Position numbers and translations under genes: made by a program. From the NCBI GenBank assembly GCA_964016885.1, contig OZ024745.1:15438001-15502000 (forward strand): a stretch of DNA of 64,000 bases, written 5' to 3'. The notes below the pieces were generated by a model, which saw only the letters and a list, made by a program, of their open reading frames with translations, did no database searches and was not told the origin of the DNA. The DNA comes from Eledone cirrhosa. Lineage: Eukaryota. This document shows, one piece after another, positions 54,373 through 64,000 of this stretch. How positions within the stretch are numbered: position 1 is the first letter of the stretch; every line of letters starts with the position of its first letter.

Positions 54373-54569
54373 TGTGGTGTGTGTGTACGTATGCATGTTT
54401 GCCTGTGTGTCTTTGTGTTTATATATACTTCTACATGTACATATACCCACCTACTTGCATGATTGTAAAGGAGAGGTAGTTAAATATGTTAGATGTAGAT
54501 AAAACAGATGTACTCTCTCATGTCACCTCCTCCACCTTCCCCTCTTTTTTCTTCTCCTCTTTCTTCTCG

Positions 54570-54602
<33 letters not shown>

Positions 54603-54799
54603 ACAACAACAACAGCATGAACCTCATCATTATTATCATCATCATCAACAGCTGTAGCTTCATCATCAGTAGCAGCAACAATAACAACAAATAAACAACT
54701 TCCTCATCATCATTATCGTTGTCGATAAAATAAAGTACCAGTAATGCACTGGGTAATTGCTGGCCTTGTACCAAAAGTAGAAACAATTATTATCATTGT

Positions 54800-55090
54800 A
54801 ATCATCATCATCATCATTATCATCTTTATAATCATCATCATTATTAATATCATTGTAATCATCATCATTGTCATTATCATCTACAACTGCATTAACAGAT
54901 AGAGCATCATCATCATCATCAACATCATCGCCATCGTTATCACCATCATCATCATCATCAACATCATCACCATCGTTATCACCATCATCATCATCATCAA
55001 CATCATCGCCATCGTTATCACCATCATCATCATCATCAACAGCATCCTTAACATCAACTTCATCCTTATCATTAACATAATCAACATCAT
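54800..55090. repeat. (ATC)n-derived repeat with a 39-bp secondary period
   Basis: CATCATCATCATCAACATCATCGCCATCGTTATCACCAT repeated about 3 times within ATC tracts. Confidence 0.8.
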
Positions 55091-56219
55091 CAGCATAAGG
55101 AGGTCGTAGATGCACAGCAAGGAACCCCCACCTCTTTCACTACCCTCGGGTCCCGGTATTTAAGTTTGGGTACGTGACTTGATATAAAGTTTCAATAGAC
55201 AAAAACTGGCGCCTATCTGTTGCTTTCTCTGTGAAGAATTTTATTTAAAATCTTGTAGAGTAACCTACGTACCCTTCCACACCCAGTAAATTTCATAGAT
55301 AGATATTTAGACACCGTCCGCCCGATAATAAAACAAGTTGTACTACATGCTACCCGTAGCAGGGAAAATTTCTCCTAAGCATATTGCGCAGGTATATCTT
55401 TATATTTCAGGTCAGGTTTCTACCTGCTACTGGCACCATGTAATCCAGTACAACCTGCTTCATAGTCGAGTGGGTGGTGACTAAACCGGCTCCCCACCAG
55501 AGCCTGCTCTATTAAGGAGGATACGTGGAGTGCCAGCAGCACAAAGAAATAAGAGCTGTTAAAAGGGTGGATGAACTCCTAGGAGTCAACCCAACTACGG
55601 ACTAAATAGCCTCACCGACCCGCAATTGGCCAAGTATGGTATGTACGGTTACACTCCTGATACGACCAAAACCAAACAGAAAGCGATTGCGGTCAGCCAG
55701 GGAGGGGTTCCTCAATAGGGGTGAGAAGGCCCATGATTGGATCTTTATATTAAGCAGAGAACATAGCCCTGTGATAAACTGTTGCTCATGATTTTTACTT
55801 AATCACATATCAACCCTAATAGGGTCTTCCAATCGTGACCATCAAGTTTGCTTTATACAGGCCGGGCTAAGTCCATCTAGGATTGCAGTAGCTAATAAGC
55901 TCTTCTTTTTCAAAGATGATATTGCATGATTTTATGAAAAATTCGCTACTATTTCTATCACGTCAAGTGACCACTTGGTTCAGATGAATAAAGTAAACTC
56001 TTATAATGGTCCTCATATACATTAAATAAACCCCATAGAAATTGTCATGGTTGGACATTGTTGGACATACGGTCATTCGATTATGGCTGATCTGGAACTA
56101 AAAAGCTAAAGCAAGAGGCACACATCAGTTTATCACCGAGCTTTGTTCTCTGTTTAATATAAAGCAATATGCAGGGCAGGACCTTTACCTGCTGAGGTCC
56201 TAAGCTCTATGGCATATAT

Positions 56220-56960
56220 AAATAACTTTATAATTGCATCCAATAACTTAGTAGTTCTATTTTTTTCTGGTGTGTTGATTTGGAAGATTATTGGTTGGAA
56301 CGGTTTGTTAGGTGTGTGTGTCTTAATATTGCCAGAGATGTGTACGGGAGTAAACTCTCTTTGAATGTGTAGGAAATAGATGTATCTTAGTTAGGCGTTA
56401 ACTTCAGTATTTAGTTAAAGTTTAGGTTTTAGTTGGGGAATGGGGCTTTGTTATCTCTTAAACTTTCTTTTATTATCTTGAAGCATATTGTTTATTTTTG
56501 TGATGTATTCCACGCAATCTATAAGAATGGATAAATTGCTCTGGTCACTTTTAGAAATTACAATCGATTCATTGTTTTTTAGTTCTTTTATCTCTAGTCT
56601 AAATCTATTGATGAGTTTGAAGTCGTTTCTGCTACTTTGCTAATATCGCTGGTTGTTGCCTTCACACATGAACAAATCTCTCAATTTGTCATCAATCTTT
56701 ATTATATTTCTAGAGCTGAGAGTCTCACGAGGCTGATGAAGTAATTCAAGTCCTATTTTCTTTGTATTTTGGTTGTATCTTGGTTTGAGCTGAATGTTGA
56801 GCCGTGATTCAGCAGAGTAATTTGATCCATAGTGAGTTTATGATTTGCGAAGTTGAGGGATTTGTTTTCAGGAGTAGATAGAAAGGCGTTTTTTTGTAGA
56901 GCTTATTAAGTTTTTGCTTTGTTTCGTATGTGACGTGACAACGAGGTTTGTACACTATCT
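56220..56960 (-). pseudogene. Decayed N-terminal RT region of a Penelope-like element
   Basis: Minus-strand pieces IKELKNNESIVISKSDQSNLSILIDCVEYITKINNMLQDNKRKF and ISGNIKTHTPNKPFQPIIFQINTP..TKLLDAIIK match the PLE L..L..N..I.I.K.DK...Y..K...L.D and YG..K.HK...P.RPII motifs; stops and frameshifts present. Confidence 0.8.
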
Positions 56961-57009
56961 AAGTCTAAAAAGATTTTAAAAAGACGTTTCTCACCTACTG
57001 CTATATCAA

Positions 57010-57060
57010 AGTCGGCTTTTAGTCGGCTTTTAGTCGGCTTTTAGTCGGCTTTTAGTCGCT
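57010..57060. repeat. 11-bp tandem repeat
   Basis: (AGTCGGCTTTT)x4 plus a partial copy. Confidence 0.9.
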
Positions 57061-57278
57061 TAGTTTTCGACAGAATTTTTACGTGCATTTTTTAATTTTT
57101 CGTTTGTCATTTACATTATATATATATATATGCATATATATATATGTGTGTGTGTAGAGAGAGAGGGGGGATAGAGAACGGGAGAGTCAACGGTACTGAG
57201 ACTGAGAAGACCAGAAATCAGGGGAGTACTCTATGCATGGGAAGAAGCAGAGTTGTTATAAGGGAAGTTAAAAACCTT

Positions 57279-58270
<992 letters not shown>

Positions 58271-58375
58271 TTTCTTACCCATCTTTTATTATTTATATTT
58301 CCCGTTATTTTTCCAACCTCACTTCCAATTTTTAACAGATTTTAAATCTCATTTCATATCTTTTATCCATAACAT

Positions 58376-58443
58376 CTCTGTCTGATGACTGATCCAGACG
58401 AATATTATTATTGTCTGGAATCCAGAAACCTTTGGTAATGGAG
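58376..58443 (+). ncRNA. Type I hammerhead fold (older, slightly decayed)
   Basis: CTCTGT-CTGATGA-[..TCCAGAC..GTCTGGA..]-GAAA-CCTTTGG-TA-ATGGAG; GUA triplet; ~110 bp downstream of a TA tract. Confidence 0.7.
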
Positions 58444-58982
58444 TAGTTATATTTTGTGTTGTTCACTTTCTAATTATATAGCTCTGTTTTTTCCTTCAGA
58501 ATTACCTAACACACACACATATAAATACACATATAAACACACACACACACTCACTGTGTGTGTCTATGTGTGTGTGTTTATATATATATATTGTTTGATT
58601 AATCCCCTGTGTGCAATTTCTCCCCACAATTCCCTTTGATGTTCAATTGTGCAATCTTAGTCACATAGATACCACTTTTACGCACTTTAAAATATTCATT
58701 GACAAACAATGCCCTGCAAATTAACTAAATTTTAATTGGGTCAATCAGAGTCTAATGGAGTGGATAAGATAAAAAGGGCAAAATGGCGCTCATTCACCGC
58801 TTCATTCAAACTGTTTGTTTTTCAAAGATATCTACAATGAGAATTTATTATTTATTGAACAATTTTATTACACAATTAAAAGTAAATGTTCAATTTTATG
58901 GTGGATTTCTACTTTTTTCTGCACACACACACACAAAGACACACACACACACACACACACACACACATCCACATCTACATAA

Positions 58983-59019
<37 letters not shown>

Positions 59020-59059
59020 ATGGTGGTCGATTGCTAGTGTCATAAGAACGTTGAATACA

Positions 59060-59184
<125 letters not shown>

Positions 59185-59577
59185 GTTAGTAGCACTAAAT
59201 ATTATTTACACAAACATGATGAAACACCTCAAAATAAAAATACCCTCAGACGAATCTAATCTCCAGAAAGTCATCAGAAGAGTAAAAGAACCTTTAATCT
59301 GACCTACTGCAAGTCAGTAGATGTAAACAACAATATTCTGTTATACAAGAGAAGGTTCACTTTTGAAAACTGATTTGTTTAAACAGTTATATTATCTTGT
59401 GTGAGGCGGCAAACTGGCAGTGTCGTTAGAACGACGGGTGAAATGCTTTGCAGTATTAGTTCCGATTCTCTAAACTTTCTGAACTTCGAGGTCAACTTAA
59501 CTTGATAAAAAAAGTACCAGTCTAGTACTGGGTCATTTCTTTCTCTAAATCTCTTTATCACTTGCTCTCTTTCTCTT

Positions 59578-59608
<31 letters not shown>

Positions 59609-59622
59609 GTGTATATATATAT

Positions 59623-60577
<955 letters not shown>

Positions 60578-61061
60578 TTCAGTTCAAATCACACTGAGGT
60601 CAACTTTGTAATTCCTTCTTTTGGGGTCGATAAATAAAGTACCACTCCAGTATTGGAGTTGAATTTTTTTTTCTATATATCTCTTTCTCAATTCCTCTCT
60701 GACACATTCAAACACACATTCTCTCTCTATCTTTATCTCTCTTTCTTCTTCTTCTTCTTCTTCTTCTTCTTCTTCTTCTTCTTCTCTGGGAAAAATCGAC
60801 TGCGTTCAGGCATGAGGCGTGGATGGGCTCCGCTTGGTTTAAGGTGCCCAAAACACACTGTATGTGATGAAGGCGCCCTACAACTCCATAAGGAATTGCG
60901 TGTTCATCCATCCATCCATACATACATACATACACACACACACATACACACACACACACATACATACATACATACATACATACATACATACATACATACA
61001 TACATACATACATACATACATACATACATACACACCTACACATACATACATACATACATAG

Positions 61062-61092
<31 letters not shown>

Positions 61093-61114
61093 CATACATA
61101 CATACATACATATA

Positions 61115-61355
61115 TGATGATGGCTGTCCCCTCGTCATCGAGTATGGCCATTGCACAAGAAAAAAAATATATATATATATTAATAACAATAATAATAATA
61201 ATAACAACAATAATAATAACGACAACAACAACAATAATAATATATATATATATATACACACACACATGCACACACATAAACATATCTATACACACACACG
61301 ATAGCAATTAACAGTGCTGCGATCGAATGTGGCTTTTTAGCCCAGCCAATGATCT
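61115..61355 (-). mobile_element. Extreme 3' end of an RTE-like LINE fragmented by microsatellites
   Basis: Minus frame HFRSLAGLKSHIRSQHC* (half C2H2 tail), then GGCCATACTCGATGACGAGGGGACAGCCATCATC resembling an RTE 3' terminus. Confidence 0.55.
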
Positions 61356-61647
61356 AAAATGTATACATACATACATACATACATACATACATACATACAT
61401 ACATACATACATACATACATACGTACATACATACATACGTACATACATACATACATACATATATACATACATACATACATACATACATACATACGTACAT
61501 ACATACATACATACATATATACATACATACGTACATACATACATACATACATACATACATACATACATACATACATACATACATACATACATACATACGT
61601 ACGTACGTACATACATACATACATACATACATACATACATACATACA

Positions 61648-61678
<31 letters not shown>

Positions 61679-61984
61679 GCATATGTAAATATCGATATAT
61701 AAAAATATCGATTTGTTGACCAATAATCCCTCGATGCAAGTTTGGCGCCAAAAGGACCAAGCATAGTGAACTCCCATAGATATTGTTATAGGCACAAGTG
61801 TAATATCTTACATTACAAACCATATAGAACATATAATCAATTAGAACAATGAAATATTACATTATGTTAGCAATATATAGTTCTAATATAATAGAGGTAT
61901 TAATATACCAAAATATTTTTTACACTGAAGCTCCTAATTATTAGTATTTTCGATAAAATGATTTAGGGGGCTATAGCTCCTGTA

Positions 61985-62280
61985 GCCCCCGCAGTCTCAC
62001 TGCCCCTCGGTCTCTCAGGCCCTCGATCTCACTGCCCCTCAGTTTCATGGCCCCGCGGTCTCAATGCCCCTCGGTCTCACGGCCCCTCGGTCTCACGGGC
62101 CCTCCATCTCACTGCCCTTCAGTTTCACGGCTCCGCGGTCTCAATGCTCCTCGGTCTCACGGCCCCAAGGTCTCACGGCCCCAAGGTCTCACGGGCCCTC
62201 GATCTCACTGCTCCTCAGTTTCCCGGCCCCGCGGTCTCACGATCTCTCGGTCTCACGGCCCCGCGGTCTCATGGCCTCTA
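61985..62280. repeat. GC-rich 16-bp minisatellite (~18 copies)
   Basis: Unit GGCCCCTCGGTCTCAC with variants; preceded by the hairpin GGGGGCTATAG-ctc-CTGTAGCCCCC. Confidence 0.9.
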
Positions 62281-63036
62281 TCTACCACAGATATCGTAAA
62301 AAGCACAAGACTAAAAAAATATATTATACAATATAATGTTAAATTCAATGGAACAAATATTTTAAATGTATTTCGGAGATATTTTGTGATTAACGTAATT
62401 TTAATTATCTAATTCAAACAGAGTCTGCTGAAAGTTGAAGAAAATATTTTCCTCTAAATGGTTCCCTGTGGAGCTCCTGACTGACTCTGCTGCAATGTTG
62501 TCTAGAGGAATGTAATCTAATGGAGTCGATGTAGCAGATAGTGACGAATAAACAGGCAGAGTTTGTCTAATCTCATTGTTCTGTTGACAATAACAGCAAA
62601 ATTGTTTGAAGAGAAAACAGTCTGTCCACAAATATTGATTATGTCTCACTTCATAAGAGAAGCGTGGAGAAATGAGAGGACAGAGGCGGGGGAGGATAGT
62701 ATAATACCAAAGAAGAAGCTGAATTGTGTAGACTGAACTAATCACATTAGTGGCTATATCATCGTAGAAAATTCAACGTCTTATCTGGACTCAACCGAGA
62801 CTGAAATGGCTTCTACACATTTGCATACTTGCATACATCATTGAATAGAGACAGTACATATATACACACAATACACACACAACCTGTCATACAAAGAACA
62901 CGCATATACATACATACATATACTATATATATGTGTGTGTGTGTGTGTGTGTGCGTGTGCGTGTGTGTGTGTGTGTGTCTGAGTGTGTGTGTGTGTGTGT
63001 GTGTCTGTGTCTCAGTGAGTGTGTGTGTCTCAGTGA

Positions 63037-63075
<39 letters not shown>

Positions 63076-63321
63076 TGTACACGGCTACATTAATCAATCA
63101 ACATTGTTATGTTTTTGAGATATTGTTTACGTAGGATGGTGAAAATATTTGAGAATTGTTTTATGTCCTTTTGTGTTTGTATAAAGCAAATATTAACTGA
63201 CCACCGCCTCTTGAATTTACCTGATCACAACATGGAACAATGTAATGAACTGACAGTCTAGAAAAAGGAAGCAAGGAACACTGAAATTCGATCACTGAGT
63301 TTAATCCCAGACAAAGTTTAT

Positions 63322-63860
63322 GGGCGATGAGTTGGCAGAGTCGTTAGAACGTCGGAGAGAATGCTTGGCGGCATTTGTTCCGGCTCTCTGCTCTCCGAGT
63401 TCAAATCGGGCCGAGTTCAACTTTGCCTTTTATTCTGTCGAGGTCGATAAAAAAGTACCAGTCTAGTACTTGGGTGTCGATTCTTCCTCTATATCTCGTT
63501 CTCACTTCCTTCTCTCTCTCTCTCTCTCTCTCTTGCTATCCTTCTCTGAAAGAAATCTGCTCTACACAAGCCTAGAGAGGGATGGGCTCTGTCAGGCTTA
63601 ACCCTTTAGCATTTACATTACTCTATATATACTATTGGATTTTGATGGTAAACACTTTACCTTACATAATATCGAATCTATGAGATTTTGATATTATTTA
63701 TTTTGAGAACAATACCTTAAAGTCGGTTTGAGGGGCAAGTTACAGCTGATTTGAACAGAAAAGAGTGAGATAATTCTGGCCGGATATGGCCTGTTTAAAT
63801 GCTAAAGGGTTAAAATGCCCTAGAAACATCGTGTGCCAGTACGACGTCCCTACACCTCCC
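63322..63860 (+). mobile_element. SINE family A with long tail, interrupted by a MITE
   Basis: GGGCGATGAGTTGGCAGAGTCGTTAGAACGTCGG...GAGTTCAAATC...GGTCGATAAAAAAGTACCAG; tail homologous to 10375-10505 and 60785-60890. Confidence 0.75.
63602..63809. mobile_element. piggyBac-like MITE (208 bp)
   Basis: TTAA|CCCTTTAGCATTTA ... TAAATGCTAAAGGG|TTAA: 14-bp TIRs, CCC/GGG ends, TTAA duplication. Confidence 0.85.
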
Positions 63861-63894
63861 TCAGATGTTAAGGGACAACACCATACCACCAAGT

Positions 63895-64000
63895 TTATAG
63901 CGACGTGAAATAAAGTGTCTTGTTCAAGGACACAACGCGCCGCCGGGAATCGAACTCACAACCTTGCGATTGTAAGCCAAATACCCTAACTACAAAGCCA
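63895..64000 (-). mobile_element. tRNA-derived SINE, family B (runs off the window)
   Basis: Reverse complement TGGCTTTGTAGTTAGGGTATTTGGCTTACAATCGCAAGGTTGTGAGTTCGATTCCCGGCGG...CCTTGAACAAGACACTTTATTTCACGTCGC. Confidence 0.8.

Noticed and set aside
54666-55120. Asp-rich 149-aa acidic protein
   Set aside because: Derived from (ATC)n expansions and overlapping a SINE fragment; no splice or domain support.
55360-55750. GC-richer island resembling a LINE 5' UTR
   Set aside because: No recognisable ORF, terminus or second copy in the window to support a call.

Overview
AT-rich, microsatellite-saturated animal genomic DNA. The SINE families and (TA)n/(CA)n/(CATA)n density look like an octopus-type cephalopod genome (inference). 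No host gene can be called with confidence, and almost all ORFs in the supplied track are microsatellite or satellite artefacts. The window holds four things. (1) A ~14.5 kb satellite (24156-38628) of 51-bp monomers with a 76-78-monomer (~3.9 kb) higher-order repeat. (2) Four fragments of Penelope-like retroelements (PLEs): a stop-free 326-codon RT-thumb/GIY-YIG frame at 1-978 missed by the ORF track, a thumb+GIY-YIG ORF at ~17233-17940, a GIY-YIG C-terminus at 40352-40597 and a decayed RT N-terminus at ~56220-56960. (3) Fragments of CRE-, RTE-, CR1/L2- and Tx1-like LINEs, two Helitron-like elements, a piggyBac-like MITE and many tRNA-derived SINEs. (4) The main signal: the short unique islands sitting inside (TA)n tracts are repeatedly fold-back palindromes or terminally redundant units, and they carry type I hammerhead ribozyme folds from about eight sequence-unrelated families. 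Several lie back-to-back on both strands, and one has a U3-A8 core variant. This suggests a dense, TA-targeted, PLE-mobilised population of ribozyme mini-elements. All ribozyme folds were paired by eye and none has been tested for activity.
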